36,575 nt of DNA from a virus (IMGVR_UViG_3300038321_000208:1-36575); one strand, 5' to 3'; shown: positions 12,903 through 23,238, numbered from the stretch's first letter. The notes: generated from the sequence alone by a model not told the origin. Numbers and translations: made by a program.

Positions 12903-14045
12903 CTATACCTCCCCGGCCGTCAAAGAAACGGAGTCCAGAACCGGAAACTGAGATTTTGACAACGATATATTTGCCGTGGCACCGTTCACCTTTAGATCTC
13001 GGAAATCGTCGCAACCGGCCACCGACGAAAGTAGAGCGGAAACCTGGGTGTATTTAACCTCGGCAGTTTCTTGAGCATCGTCAGAACGGATGGAAGTAAA
13101 GTAATTTTTCAAACTGTCCTGAAACCCTAAACTAACCGTTTCTATCGTCGCGGCATCCGTCAGCTTGATGATGGCTGACACCGTTATATGCACCATTTCA
13201 GGTGGAGAAACGACGAGATAAGCATTGATTGGAGCCAGCCGGAGATCGGGGTTGTCCGGCTGCATGATGTAGTTATAGACCGCATTGCATAGATCAGTAG
13301 TAGCAGGAGCCCCGTTGGAATCCGTGAGGATGATCGTCACGAGCCCGGAATCGTCCTGCGAGGAGATGATCGTCGCGGTCCCCGTCCCCGCGACGGACAG
13401 AGCCCATCGTTTATAGTCGGATGGGCTGCCGACAAAAGATCGAATCTGGTTTTTGTTGTAATAGGCGATTCTGGCGCGCAGACTGTCATCACTTTCTTCA
13501 TCTGTCCCACCCGCGCATGCGGCCTGATTGGTAACAGCGGTTATTCCGGACGCAGTATCGCTGCCTTTTAAGATGATCGTGCCGGCCTGAACATTCCCGT
13601 TTGCGCCGGCCGATGTGCATGTTACCTCAATGTCTACCGTCCCGGCTTCCGGAATCGTCGCATCCGAAGTAGTCGCGAAATCTAAAGACTGCGTATCGTT
13701 CGCACTGGCTGTCGAAAATATCGTCCCTGCGGGGATAAAAGTCCCCTCCGCCCCCGTTACCGTTACGCTGCCAACGGCCGGGACTGCGGCTTTCCGCACA
13801 AGCCCAACATTTTCTGCGTGATAATCGAGCCATTCGCCATCGGAAAATTGCGGCAATATCTGCTTAATCGCCTGAACAAGCGTAAATTGCTTGAACCGTG
13901 ATTCCTCTGAGGCGATTGGCCGAATAGTATCTCCCGCAAAACTTCCATCCGATGTATCAATGTCAGGCGGAAAAGACTCCTGTATGCGCTTCGAAATTGT
14001 ATCTTGGTCCTCGGTTAAGAAATCAGGGGCCACAAAGTCATCCAT
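12903..14045 (-). CDS. Baseplate J-like protein (XkdT-like)
   Basis: GEWLD.HA...GL.RK.A..A.G.V, G.DEESD..LR.R and GS..DY..WA.SV.G motifs. Confidence 0.92.
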   Translation of the reverse strand: MDDFVAPDFLTEDQDTISKRIQESFPPDIDTSDGSFAGDTIRPIASEESRFKQFTLVQAIKQILPQFSDGEWLDYHAENVGLVRKAAVPAVGSVTVTGAEGTFIPAGTIFSTASANDTQSLDFATTSDATIPEAGTVDIEVTCTSAGANGNVQAGTIILKGSDTASGITAVTNQAACAGGTDEESDDSLRARIAYYNKNQIRSFVGSPSDYKRWALSVAGTGTATIISSQDDSGLVTIILTDSNGAPATTDLCNAVYNYIMQPDNPDLRLAPINAYLVVSPPEMVHITVSAIIKLTDAATIETVSLGFQDSLKNYFTSIRSDDAQETAEVKYTQVSALLSSVAGCDDFRDLKVNGATANISLSKSQFPVLDSVSLTAGEV

Positions 14046-14495
14046 TTATGTCACCCCCTGTGAAACGGTTATTATTTCGGTGCTGCCGTCTATCCCAACG
14101 GCCGCCACTACAACGTCAAGCGATGTGTCGCTCCATGAACATTCGATGCTCTCAATATGATCCAGCCGGCCGTATGTATCCGATTTCAGCGTATCTGTGA
14201 TCTCGCGGGAAACGATATTCTCCGCGAGATCACGGTCGCCGCATGAAAGCACGCGCCGCCAATCGACACCATACCAATCAGGATAATAGGGACTCGCACC
14301 CTTTTGAGTTTTCAAGCACTTTTCGCACCACTGTCCCCAGGCGGTGGCCCCGTTTGCCATAACGACACGATGGGCACCGTCCCGGCTAAAATCTTTCCCG
14401 TCAAAATAGGGCGCCGATTTATATCCGGTAAACTCTTCTGCCGTCGATTCATCCTCGGAATCTTCGACAACCGCATCTGGAAATAGGTCCGGCAT
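14046..14495 (-). CDS. Baseplate wedge protein (XkdS-like)
   Basis: AW.QW..K.L.T...Y...YG motif; position in the module; probable start MPDLFP. Confidence 0.78.
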   Translation of the reverse strand: MPDLFPDAVVEDSEDESTAEEFTGYKSAPYFDGKDFSRDGAHRVVMANGATAWGQWCEKCLKTQKGASPYYPDWYGVDWRRVLSCGDRDLAENIVSREITDTLKSDTYGRLDHIESIECSWSDTSLDVVVAAVGIDGSTEIITVSQGVT

Positions 14496-14496
14496 G

Positions 14497-14844
14497 CTAT
14501 CCCTCCTCCACAATGTCCACCACGACGACCTCCGGACTCTCCTTACTTCCAGTCATGACGACCAAAACGCGGTCGCCGATCTGCAGCGGCCGCAGCGTTT
14601 CCGGCAGCTTAACGGGCTCGGAATTGCTTGCAACCACTGTCCATTTGTCTGTCGGCTGGCACAGCGAACGGCAAACCAGATAGGATCCGTGAGGAATAAC
14701 GGCTGGGTATACGTCCAGCTTCAAGCCGTCCGAAACGATTGTCCCTAAAAAATCGTGATTTTGGTTGTGGAACGCGGCCACCTTATGTGACCTCGACTCC
14801 AGCACTCTGCCTAATCTGGTGATTCCGTTTTTCTCGTCGTTCAT
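14497..14844 (-). CDS. Baseplate spike-associated protein (XkdR-like)
   Basis: L.IGDRVLV motif; synteny. Confidence 0.7.
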   Translation of the reverse strand: MNDEKNGITRLGRVLESRSHKVAAFHNQNHDFLGTIVSDGLKLDVYPAVIPHGSYLVCRSLCQPTDKWTVVASNSEPVKLPETLRPLQIGDRVLVVMTGSKESPEVVVVDIVEEG

Positions 14845-15833
14845 GTTTCAAGCTCCAAAGACATCGTATTTTTAATCAGGTCGTGTGTCACGGAAGCGAC
14901 CACGACCTTGACCTGTCCCCCATTCGCGCCGGTGTAGTTGTAGATCAGGTCGCCCTTACGCAGGAACGGGCAATCGACAGCATCCACCATAAACGTCTGT
15001 TTGGGAAGACGGTTATCCCACAGCAGCTGTGTCGCTGTGGCTTTGGCTGCCGCCAATGTGGTGTTCGAGTCACGCGACTGGACTTTCTGGAGTGTCCCGT
15101 ATCGGTAACCGTATTGGCCGTCCAGCGTGGCTTCCACCGGAGCGTTACCATTTTTATCTTCTTTCCCGGTAATCAACACCCGGGTGACGACATTCTCCAT
15201 TGACCGGCCGAAAGAGGCGGCGGTGGCATTTTCGCCTGAACACAGTTTGTAAATTATGGAATTATTGCCGCGATAGGCAACATCGATCGCATTATTTTCA
15301 TATCGCATTCGATACGCTTTTCCGGTTTTCTTCTTTGTTTCTTTGAGCAGTTCGAGAAACATATCCGATATTTGATTCCCCATCCATGCTTTTTTTCCGT
15401 GCGAAATGCTGGTATAGGTGTAATGCAGAGGGATTTTCCACCGGGAACAAATCGTCTGAAAAATGCTCTGTGTGGTTTTGCCGGCTGGAAAGAAGAGAGC
15501 GTCTTGGCTGTTTTGCATGTAGATCAGCGGATCATAGCAGGTAATTGCCAGAGATTGCGAGTCATGCCGGTATTCCTGCGTCCATATCGGGCCGTGGAAC
15601 AGTTCGCCTTTCCGATCACCGTCGTCACAGGATAGGTGGAGGATGTCGCCGGGGTCGATGGCGGAGCCGATATATGTGCCAGCCGCCCGCATATTCGCGA
15701 GCTCTATGGAAAGAGATTCCGCCAGTTGCCCATCCTGTTCTTCCAGGATGCACTTTGAGCAGGCACCCCGCATCTGATACCGTTTTCCTCCCTTATCGCA
15801 CCACAGGGTGAATGAAGCGGGTAACATGGCCAT
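14841..15833 (-). CDS. Baseplate hub protein (XkdQ-like)
   Basis: ITCYD.L.Y...SQD and YGTLQKV motifs; synteny. Confidence 0.82.
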   Translation of the reverse strand: MAMLPASFTLWCDKGGKRYQMRGACSKCILEEQDGQLAESLSIELANMRAAGTYIGSAIDPGDILHLSCDDGDRKGELFHGPIWTQEYRHDSQSLAITCYDPLIYMQNSQDALFFPAGKTTQSIFQTICSRWKIPLHYTYTSISHGKKAWMGNQISDMFLELLKETKKKTGKAYRMRYENNAIDVAYRGNNSIIYKLCSGENATAASFGRSMENVVTRVLITGKEDKNGNAPVEATLDGQYGYRYGTLQKVQSRDSNTTLAAAKATATQLLWDNRLPKQTFMVDAVDCPFLRKGDLIYNYTGANGGQVKVVVASVTHDLIKNTMSLELET

Positions 15834-15848
15834 GCGTCGCCTCCCTTC

Positions 15849-16826
15849 TCATGGGACTATCAGCTTCTCTCCCGGATAGACATATTTGCCGTTCTGAGAG
15901 CTGCTTTGGCCGTGTTTCTTCGCCGCTGCCTCGATTGTCGATTTATTTGCGCTATATAACGACGTCCATTTGCTCCCGTCGCGGTACATTTTTACGGCGA
16001 TGCTCCACAGGGTGTCGGATGTCGTAATGGTATACGTTTTTTTCGCTGACACAGCGGCCGCCTGGCTTTTTGCTCCGAAGCCGTGAATATCAATCAGGCA
16101 CAGAAAAACCGGCTTTGCGCTGCCGTTGATATACACGCCCGTGCATGTCCCTAAGCCGCCTTTCGCGTTGCAGCTATAATACCAGCTGCTCCCGTTCCGC
16201 TTTGTGAGGGAGATATCCACCACGCCGCCTGTGCCGGCGACGACGTTCGGCCGGCCGGCCGAACAGTAGACAAGCGCCGTATATTTCCCGCCAGGAGCGA
16301 TTTTCACAGTCGTATGAGTGTCACAGGTAAAGCTGGTTCCGTTTGCAACCAGATCCTTGGGTATCGTGCCGGCAGACGTGAGATACAGGACGCCAATCGT
16401 AGGATTTAGCGCCTCCTTGAACTCAATGCTGTAGCTGATATCGCCAAACGCGCCGGAATTGGCAGGACGGAATGAAGAAATATAGACATCGTAATTAATG
16501 GCGGTTTCTGTGACGTTAATCTGAAGCCGCTGGTGGTTTGCTCTCCATTTGATAAACAGGGCGCGGAGGGTTTCGGGATCCTGCCACTCCCGCATGAGTG
16601 CAGACGGATAATTTTTCCTGGCGGCTCCGTAAAACACCGAATCCCATGATATGGAGATTAGGTCGGTTCCACCCGGCAAAATCATTTCGCCTTGTCCCAT
16701 GACATCGAAGGACAGAAATCCCGCGCTCGTGTCCATTGAGATTTTCGCGGGAAGTGTCGGTAAGCGGATCCGGCTCCCGCTTGCGGTCGCCGGATCCCCG
16801 CTCATTTCAGTCAAATAGATGTCCAT
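15849..16826 (-). CDS. XkdP-like tail protein with C-terminal LysM
   Basis: RLP.LP.KI N-domain, GDI.YSIEFKE, LysM TYTI...DTLWSIA...Y..GSKW..LY.AN...YPGEKL. Confidence 0.87.
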   Translation of the reverse strand: MDIYLTEMSGDPATASGSRIRLPTLPAKISMDTSAGFLSFDVMGQGEMILPGGTDLISISWDSVFYGAARKNYPSALMREWQDPETLRALFIKWRANHQRLQINVTETAINYDVYISSFRPANSGAFGDISYSIEFKEALNPTIGVLYLTSAGTIPKDLVANGTSFTCDTHTTVKIAPGGKYTALVYCSAGRPNVVAGTGGVVDISLTKRNGSSWYYSCNAKGGLGTCTGVYINGSAKPVFLCLIDIHGFGAKSQAAAVSAKKTYTITTSDTLWSIAVKMYRDGSKWTSLYSANKSTIEAAAKKHGQSSSQNGKYVYPGEKLIVP

Positions 16827-19800
16827 TATGCGCTTTCCTCCAGCGGCGTGTTGTCGTGATCCTTTTCAATCCCCTCGGCAATCGCATCGCTGACAATGTT
16901 CGCTATTTCATCCTTGTGGTCTTTAATTTGCTGTACCACATCCCCATTTCCTCCTTCTACAACAATTTTGATGGACTGAATGATGACCTGGGGCTTACCG
17001 CCGCCAGCGCCTCCGGCCGCAGCGGGCGCCGGACGCGGATGCGGATTCGGAGTATCAGCCTCCGAAGGACTCGACGGGAATTGAATGACATCCCCACCGA
17101 AACCGCCGTTGGCTTTGGCGTCAATGCTCTGGCCGAGCGCGCTCCCGGTCTGCCGCCAGAGCTGCACACCACGATCATGCCTCCGGCTGCTCAGTGGGAT
17201 CACCATTTCAGGCGTTCCCTCTTCACCGAGAAGCGTCACTGTCGGCCGGGATATAAGGCCGCCGGCCGCCTTGTGCGCGCTTTGAGTGGATCCGCTTGTC
17301 GCAGCGCTGTAACCTGCGCTGAAATTGTGAGTAATCGTTCCCCATATGTCTTTGAAGAAGTTCGGCAGGGTATTAGTGAAGAATCCCTTGATGCTATTCC
17401 AAATGGTGGTTCCGAGCTCCGGGAGGGTATTTGTAAAAAACGTATTTACCGAACCCCATAGGCTGGAGAAGAATCCGGGGATCGTTTTCGTAAAGAACGG
17501 AGTGATGTTGTTATTCCAGACGTTCGACGCCCACGTCGGAAGTGTGGAGGTGAAGAACGTCGAAATCCCATTCCAGAGGGTTCCGAAGAAATTCGGGATG
17601 CTCTGCGTAAAGAACGGGACGATGTGGCCATTCCAGACGTTTGACACCCACGTCGGAAGTGTGGAGGTGAAGAACGTCGAAATCCCATTCCAGAGGGTTC
17701 CGAAGAAATTCGGGATGCTCTGCGTAAAGAACGGGACGATGTGGCCATTCCAGACGTTTGACACCCACGTTGGAAGCGTGGAGGTAAAGAACGTCGAGAT
17801 CCCGTTCCAGAGGGTTCCGAAGAAATTCGGGATGCTTTGCGTAAAGAACGGGACGATGTGGCCGTTCCAAACATTTGACGCCCACGTCGGAAGTGTGGAG
17901 GTAAAGAACGTCGAGATCCCATTCCACAGGTTCCCAAAAAAGTTTGGTAGATCTTGGGTGAAGAATATTTGCGCTTTTCCGGTTGCATAACCTATGGCAA
18001 AGGGCAACTGCTGTGTAAAAAAGTTTGGAAGTGTACTCGTGAAGAACGTACCGATGCCGGTCCCCACCGTTTGCACGGCCTGTGGGATCATCTGCGTAAA
18101 GAACGTGCCGAGGCCGGCTCCCATCGTCTGAAAGGCACCGGGAATCTTATTTGTGAAGACATCCCCGATGGCCTTCCCCGCGCCGGAAACCGTTGGAGCG
18201 ACTTTTGTGCTTACAAAAGTCCCGATCCCGGTGCCAATCTTTCCTGCGGTGTCCGGAACCGTCTTTGCGAAAAAGCCTCCGACCGCTTTGCCGGCGTTGT
18301 TCAGGGCGCCGCCCTTATTCGTGGATTTTGCGAGTGCCGAGCCGGCTTTGTTGCCGCCAATCAGGGCACTTGCACCGCCTACACCGGCGCCGACCAGCGC
18401 GCCCACAGCTGTACCAACCCCAGGCACGACAGATCCTATCAACGCGCCGGCGCCGATCATTCCAAGCTTTGTCCCACCCTGGAACTGCTTTTCTCGCTTG
18501 GCTTGCCCGGCCGGCATCTTACTCGCATTATAGAGATCCTTGCCGGCGCTGGCCACGCCGACTCCGGCTGTAATCGCGCCGGCAGTTGCGGCGGAACCGG
18601 CCAACGCCGCACCGCCTGCGGTCGCGGCACCGGAACCGAGCTTTGTCCCAATTTTTCCAAACAGGCTTCCTGCCTTAGACGCGCCGAATTTCTGCAACAG
18701 ACTGCCGCCTGCGGCCGCCTCGCCGGATTCCAGCAGCGGTTTTTCTCCGGAAGGAAGCGCCGGTGCCCCGCTGGACCGTGAGCCGGTCGCCGGGACGCTG
18801 GGCACGCCGACAAAAGATTTTCCGACCAGGTTCACCACGTTCGCCAGCACGTTCATAGTGCCGATGGTAGAAGCGTTCGGCATGTTCATCCCGGAACCGC
18901 CGCTTCCGCTGTTGCTTTTACCCTTTCCGAAAATGCCGCTCAGGGCACCCGTGATCGTTTTGCTCGTGGTGATTGCATTGGAAAGGCCCTTCACGAAACT
19001 TGTGCCGAATTTAAGCCCGATCGCGACCATAAGCACCTTGTGCGTTTCGGCGAAATTCTGAAACGCGCTTACGATCTTTTTGCCGTCGAAGCCCTTCAAA
19101 AACCCAGAGCAGAAGCTTGAGCCAAGATTGGCTCCCTGCTGCCGCGCATCCCCATCGCTGAATCCGAGGAGCGCCGTGATGCCGCCTGTTATCCCGGAAC
19201 CGAGGCTTTCCCCGATCCCGGACAATTTCTTTGCGATTTTTCTTTTTCCTGTGCTGTCCCACCAATCGGCAAATGGTTTTGAAATAACCTCGTCCCACGC
19301 AATTTTGATTTTCCCGCCGATGGATGCGTTTTTGAAGCGGTCCGAGTTGAAAACCTTGGTCATGCGGTCCTCGATGTGGCCCAGCACATCAAATACTTTC
19401 GTGCTTAACGCAGCGCCGAAATCTTCGAGGCTCGACCCGGCCTTGTTCAGCGTCGGACCAATATCCGCGAGGAATTTATTGAACCGCGAAAGGCCCTTAA
19501 TCGCACCGGTCTGGAGGCCGTGCCCCCATTTTGAGATAATTCCGACATCGAATGTATCTTTGATCTGCGATAGAAGCCCTGATGCAGTACGGTTAGCCGT
19601 CTTGTCCATCATGCCATTGAATTCACCCATGCCTTTTACGATGGCGTCAATGGCTTTATCCGCTGGAATTAATCCCTTTTCGGCCATCTTCTGGATCTCC
19701 GGAACCGTCTTCCCCATCGACTGGGCAACATATTTCCAGGCGTTGATGCTATTGTCGGTCAGCTGCAGCATCTCGGAAGAGGACAGTTTGCCTTTCATCC

Positions 19801-20545
19801 TCATCTGGCCTAAGGCGACGATCACGCGCTGGATGCCCTCTGAGCCGCCGCCCAAGGCCGCCTCGGCGTTACCGATGGCGTTCAGCGTAGGGATGATCTG
19901 CTTCGCGCTGAAGCCGTAAGCAAGCATTTGCTGGCTGTCCTGTACCAGATCCTGTGTGCCGAAAGGCGTTTCAATCGCAAATTTTTGAATATCCGATATC
20001 ATCTGCTGAGCCTTCGACGCTGAACCAAGCATCGTCTCAAAGCCAACGGACGCAGTGGAGAGGTTATCTGCCAATTGGAGCGGGACCCCTATGAGTTCTT
20101 TCACCGCCGCGCCGGTCGCTATGCCGGCGATCAACGTTTTCACAGACAGAATATGGTCCACGATTGACCGAAGCGGAGCTGTGACCTTGTCGGCAACCTT
20201 CAGCGTGGCCGTGAAAACAGAGCTGGCGAACGATTTGCAGCTCCCGTGAATCAGGTCGACCGTCTTGGTCGCCTTGTCCGTCGCGCTCAATGTCGCGGTG
20301 AACGCGCGCCGGGCAAAGGATTGGCCGCTGCTGGTCGCATCACGAATCTTGGAGGTTGCCTTATCGTTGACATCAATGAGCGGCCGGGCTCTGGTAGAAC
20401 CGAATTTGGCGGTATCCTTCTGTGCCCGCTCGACCGTCGCATCGAATTTTGAAACATTTTGGGTTTCCTGCTGAACCCCTTTGGACATCTCGTCCTTTAA
20501 TTTCGCCACAACGTCGATTACGACTTCGCTATTCCCACCATCCAC
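16826..20545 (-). CDS. Tail tape measure protein
   Basis: 1239 aa; FETMLGSA..A.......FA..TPF tape-measure domain; Trp/Phe repeats; C-terminal A.GG....PT...GE.G.E.VIPL. Confidence 0.95.
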   Translation of the reverse strand: MDGGNSEVVIDVVAKLKDEMSKGVQQETQNVSKFDATVERAQKDTAKFGSTRARPLIDVNDKATSKIRDATSSGQSFARRAFTATLSATDKATKTVDLIHGSCKSFASSVFTATLKVADKVTAPLRSIVDHILSVKTLIAGIATGAAVKELIGVPLQLADNLSTASVGFETMLGSASKAQQMISDIQKFAIETPFGTQDLVQDSQQMLAYGFSAKQIIPTLNAIGNAEAALGGGSEGIQRVIVALGQMRMKGKLSSSEMLQLTDNSINAWKYVAQSMGKTVPEIQKMAEKGLIPADKAIDAIVKGMGEFNGMMDKTANRTASGLLSQIKDTFDVGIISKWGHGLQTGAIKGLSRFNKFLADIGPTLNKAGSSLEDFGAALSTKVFDVLGHIEDRMTKVFNSDRFKNASIGGKIKIAWDEVISKPFADWWDSTGKRKIAKKLSGIGESLGSGITGGITALLGFSDGDARQQGANLGSSFCSGFLKGFDGKKIVSAFQNFAETHKVLMVAIGLKFGTSFVKGLSNAITTSKTITGALSGIFGKGKSNSGSGGSGMNMPNASTIGTMNVLANVVNLVGKSFVGVPSVPATGSRSSGAPALPSGEKPLLESGEAAAGGSLLQKFGASKAGSLFGKIGTKLGSGAATAGGAALAGSAATAGAITAGVGVASAGKDLYNASKMPAGQAKREKQFQGGTKLGMIGAGALIGSVVPGVGTAVGALVGAGVGGASALIGGNKAGSALAKSTNKGGALNNAGKAVGGFFAKTVPDTAGKIGTGIGTFVSTKVAPTVSGAGKAIGDVFTNKIPGAFQTMGAGLGTFFTQMIPQAVQTVGTGIGTFFTSTLPNFFTQQLPFAIGYATGKAQIFFTQDLPNFFGNLWNGISTFFTSTLPTWASNVWNGHIVPFFTQSIPNFFGTLWNGISTFFTSTLPTWVSNVWNGHIVPFFTQSIPNFFGTLWNGISTFFTSTLPTWVSNVWNGHIVPFFTQSIPNFFGTLWNGISTFFTSTLPTWASNVWNNNITPFFTKTIPGFFSSLWGSVNTFFTNTLPELGTTIWNSIKGFFTNTLPNFFKDIWGTITHNFSAGYSAATSGSTQSAHKAAGGLISRPTVTLLGEEGTPEMVIPLSSRRHDRGVQLWRQTGSALGQSIDAKANGGFGGDVIQFPSSPSEADTPNPHPRPAPAAAGGAGGGKPQVIIQSIKIVVEGGNGDVVQQIKDHKDEIANIVSDAIAEGIEKDHDNTPLEESA
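17498..17965 (-). repeat. 117-bp (39 aa) tandem repeat, 4 copies, inside tape measure gene
   Basis: GTRAAGAA anchor recurs at 17490, 17607, 17724, 17841 and 17958. Confidence 0.9.
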
Positions 20546-20567
20546 CCACCATCGCCTCCAAATCTCG

Positions 20568-20756
20568 TTATGGTTTTTCTTTGTGTGGTAAATCCTGAAT
20601 TGTCAGCGGAGTTTCCCCTTCTTCAAGGGCAACATCCACCGAGGCCAGCGCAAAAGCCCGCTGATTTTCGTTCCACGACATTACCTCCTGCGCCGGATGA
20701 CCGGTGTAGAGAAATATGTAATGGAGCTTTTTCGCGAGCGGGCTGGCGTGTATCAG
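20568..20756 (-). CDS. -1 frameshift extension of tail assembly chaperone
   Basis: A AAA AAC slippery heptamer (20756-20762) before TGA; the -1 frame is open for 62 codons (LIHASPLAKKLHYIF...QRAFALASV...KEKP*). Confidence 0.8.
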   Translation of the reverse strand: MIHASPLAKKLHYIFLYTGHPAQEVMSWNENQRAFALASVDVALEEGETPLTIQDLPHKEKP

Positions 20757-21295
20757 TTTTTTGCGTATTCCTCCGGCGTCACCTTGGCAGTGTCGTCAGG
20801 ATAGCTGAGGGCCTGAATTTGCTCGACAATGGCCTCTTTTTCGCCGATGGTGAGGACCGCGTCGATCACCTGCACCCCTGTGGCGATTTCCGGGTATTTC
20901 GCCTGAAGGGCACTGATGACTTTCGGGTTGTCCCACGTTTTCGGGCGGTCCTCCGCCACCGTGGCGGTATAGATGATATAGCTGTCGTTCAGTGACCCGT
21001 CTGTGGCTTTTTCGATCTTGGGTAGGCGGGGATTCGTGGGATTGGCCATGTACGTCGTGGCCGATTTATGCGCCTGGAACGCCTCTTTCTCGGAGATCGG
21101 GCGCACGCGGAACGTCGGAAGGACCTGCTTGCCGGCGCGCTTCAGCGTGATGGGGCGAAACAGCGATTCGTCGGTCCTGTACCCCGCCGCAGAAAGGAAC
21201 ATAGAAACGACGTCGGTTTCGGCTTCCGGAGAGGCAATCGCAGCGGCATCAACGCCGGTTTCCTCGACCGGCTTATTCTGAATTGATTTATCCAT
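20753..21295 (-). CDS. Tail assembly chaperone (XkdN-like)
   Basis: FRVRPISE.E, IY.ATV, W.N and ID.VL..GEK motifs; lies between tube and tape measure. Confidence 0.85.
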   Translation of the reverse strand: MDKSIQNKPVEETGVDAAAIASPEAETDVVSMFLSAAGYRTDESLFRPITLKRAGKQVLPTFRVRPISEKEAFQAHKSATTYMANPTNPRLPKIEKATDGSLNDSYIIYTATVAEDRPKTWDNPKVISALQAKYPEIATGVQVIDAVLTIGEKEAIVEQIQALSYPDDTAKVTPEEYAKN

Positions 21296-21310
21296 TTGCT
21301 TTTTTCCTCC

Positions 21311-21784
21311 TTACGAAAACAGGGACTGGTATTTCGGGATCGAATTGCAGCGGAATTTCCACTCGCGCGTTACAATATCTCCGGGGCTCAGCGACATCAG
21401 GTCGATGTCCCCGTCCGGGATACAGTAGTTGGCGATAACCCGCTCTTCCTGCCCGTCATACGGCCGGGTGTACTTGCCCTGGAAGTCGTACCACGGGATC
21501 TGCCCCGCGAGAAGCGCATCCAAAAGCGGCTGGATCATCAGATCATCCCTAATGACGATTTCCGTCATAGAAAGCGCCACCGTAACCCCGGTGGGAATGC
21601 CATAGGAAAGGATGCTGCCCACCGGCTGAAGATCCGTGTTGTTGAAGCTCGGAGTGATCTTGAACGTGTTGCAGTTGGCCAGCGGGATAGGCGTGTTGTC
21701 GCCGACCCCGACGAGAAGCAGCCCGTCTTTGCCGGTAATGACCTTACGGGGGTCAAGACCTTCCGGAATGATAGCCTGACTCAT
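21311..21784 (-). CDS. Tail tube protein (XkdM-like)
   Basis: D.R.VI.GKDG.L, FQG and PDGDIDL....G....EW.F motifs; follows the sheath gene. Confidence 0.85.
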   Translation of the reverse strand: MSQAIIPEGLDPRKVITGKDGLLLVGVGDNTPIPLANCNTFKITPSFNNTDLQPVGSILSYGIPTGVTVALSMTEIVIRDDLMIQPLLDALLAGQIPWYDFQGKYTRPYDGQEERVIANYCIPDGDIDLMSLSPGDIVTREWKFRCNSIPKYQSLFS

Positions 21785-21801
21785 GTGTTCTGTTCCTCCT
21801 T

Positions 21802-23238
21802 TTATGCCGTAGCACTGAAGCGGAAACGATAATGCAGATAGACCTTTTCCAGGCTATCGATATCGTCTTCGTCAATGATGAAGTAGGCGCTGTCCACCTT
21901 AGCCGGCTTATCCGGATCAACGTAGAAGCTGGCGCCGTCTGCGAGCTTTTTCTCTCCGACCATCGCGTCGAGGACCTTTTGAGCGGCCTGAATGGCAATG
22001 GCGATTCCGTCCTTGTCGCAGTTTACCTTCCCGACCAGCGGGGAAAGGGCGCGGTCGACGCGGTCCATGCTTTCATTGCGGGTTACAAGGCGGCGGATAT
22101 GCTTCCACCCGTCATCATCGTTTTCTCCGGGAGTGATAAGCGTGGTTACGCCGGCATCCAGCTGCACCGTGTCCGACGCATCCATGGAAATTGCCAGCAT
22201 GCCGTGCGTGATGGCGTCCTCGTAATCGGTGTTGCTAAGGTTTTCAATCAGTGACACCGCACCGGGGATTGCCGAGTGTACGACGCTCTGGTTGGCCGGC
22301 GTGGACGAGATCAAGCCGCAGACGCGGCATACCGCCCGGTATCCGTCCACCGGCCCATCGCTGTCATTCCAGCCGCCGCCGACGTAGATGACCAGCTTGT
22401 CGTTGCACTGGGCGGCCCGGGCAAGGCGGTTCGCCCAGCCGACCGATGTGGGATCCCCCATGACGGCGTAGCTCCATTTCCCGGTCTGGTAGATACGGTC
22501 GATATATTCCTGCAGCAAAGACTTCACATCATCTTCGCAGCTGTCGATTGTAATGGCGTTCCAGCGGTAGGCCTCAAACGCATTGAACGCATTGGAATAG
22601 TCGCTGTTGACGACCTCGGGATCTGCACCACCGACGAGGGCGACATTCGAGACAGCGGCGATTTCGCCGTTCCCGCCCTCCGCGACCTTCGTAAGCTTGA
22701 CATACTGGCTGCCGGCTTCCGCAACATTGGAAATCAGCGTGTCAATCTCGGAGGTAGATTCTTCTTTCACCGCAAAGTCGAACGTTTCAAGGATTTTCGT
22801 ACCGTCCGTGATGAGAAGTTCTTTCTGCGTTGCGTCGGTAAGCTTTTCCCGGACCGTAACGGAAAGGGAACGCTGGCCGGGGTACAGCGCGGTCACCGTA
22901 AGGACATCGGCAGGCGTATCCACCGCCGTATCCTTCAGGGTGACGCTGCCTGCTGTGCCTCCTGTGCCAAGGCGATAGACATAGACCTTGGACGCACCGC
23001 CCGCAAAAAGCTCCAGCGCCGCGTCGACCGTCCCGGATGTGCCATACATAGCCTTCAGCTTGTCGATCTCAGACGCTGTAAAGAGATTCACCTTTTCAAG
23101 CGGTCCCCAGCTGGCGTGAATCGGAACCGCGACAATGCCATAGACCGCGCCGGTATTGTTCGTTGTTCCGCGATTGGAATAGCGGTTATATACGCCAGGG
23201 CGGATTTTTTCCTCATTTTCGAGGTAAAACTGTCCCAT
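21802..23238 (-). CDS. Tail sheath protein (XkdK-like)
   Basis: E.K.RPGVY, A.WGP, YRLG.GG and D.DSLEK.Y motifs. Confidence 0.92.
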   Translation of the reverse strand: MGQFYLENEEKIRPGVYNRYSNRGTTNNTGAVYGIVAVPIHASWGPLEKVNLFTASEIDKLKAMYGTSGTVDAALELFAGGASKVYVYRLGTGGTAGSVTLKDTAVDTPADVLTVTALYPGQRSLSVTVREKLTDATQKELLITDGTKILETFDFAVKEESTSEIDTLISNVAEAGSQYVKLTKVAEGGNGEIAAVSNVALVGGADPEVVNSDYSNAFNAFEAYRWNAITIDSCEDDVKSLLQEYIDRIYQTGKWSYAVMGDPTSVGWANRLARAAQCNDKLVIYVGGGWNDSDGPVDGYRAVCRVCGLISSTPANQSVVHSAIPGAVSLIENLSNTDYEDAITHGMLAISMDASDTVQLDAGVTTLITPGENDDDGWKHIRRLVTRNESMDRVDRALSPLVGKVNCDKDGIAIAIQAAQKVLDAMVGEKKLADGASFYVDPDKPAKVDSAYFIIDEDDIDSLEKVYLHYRFRFSATA

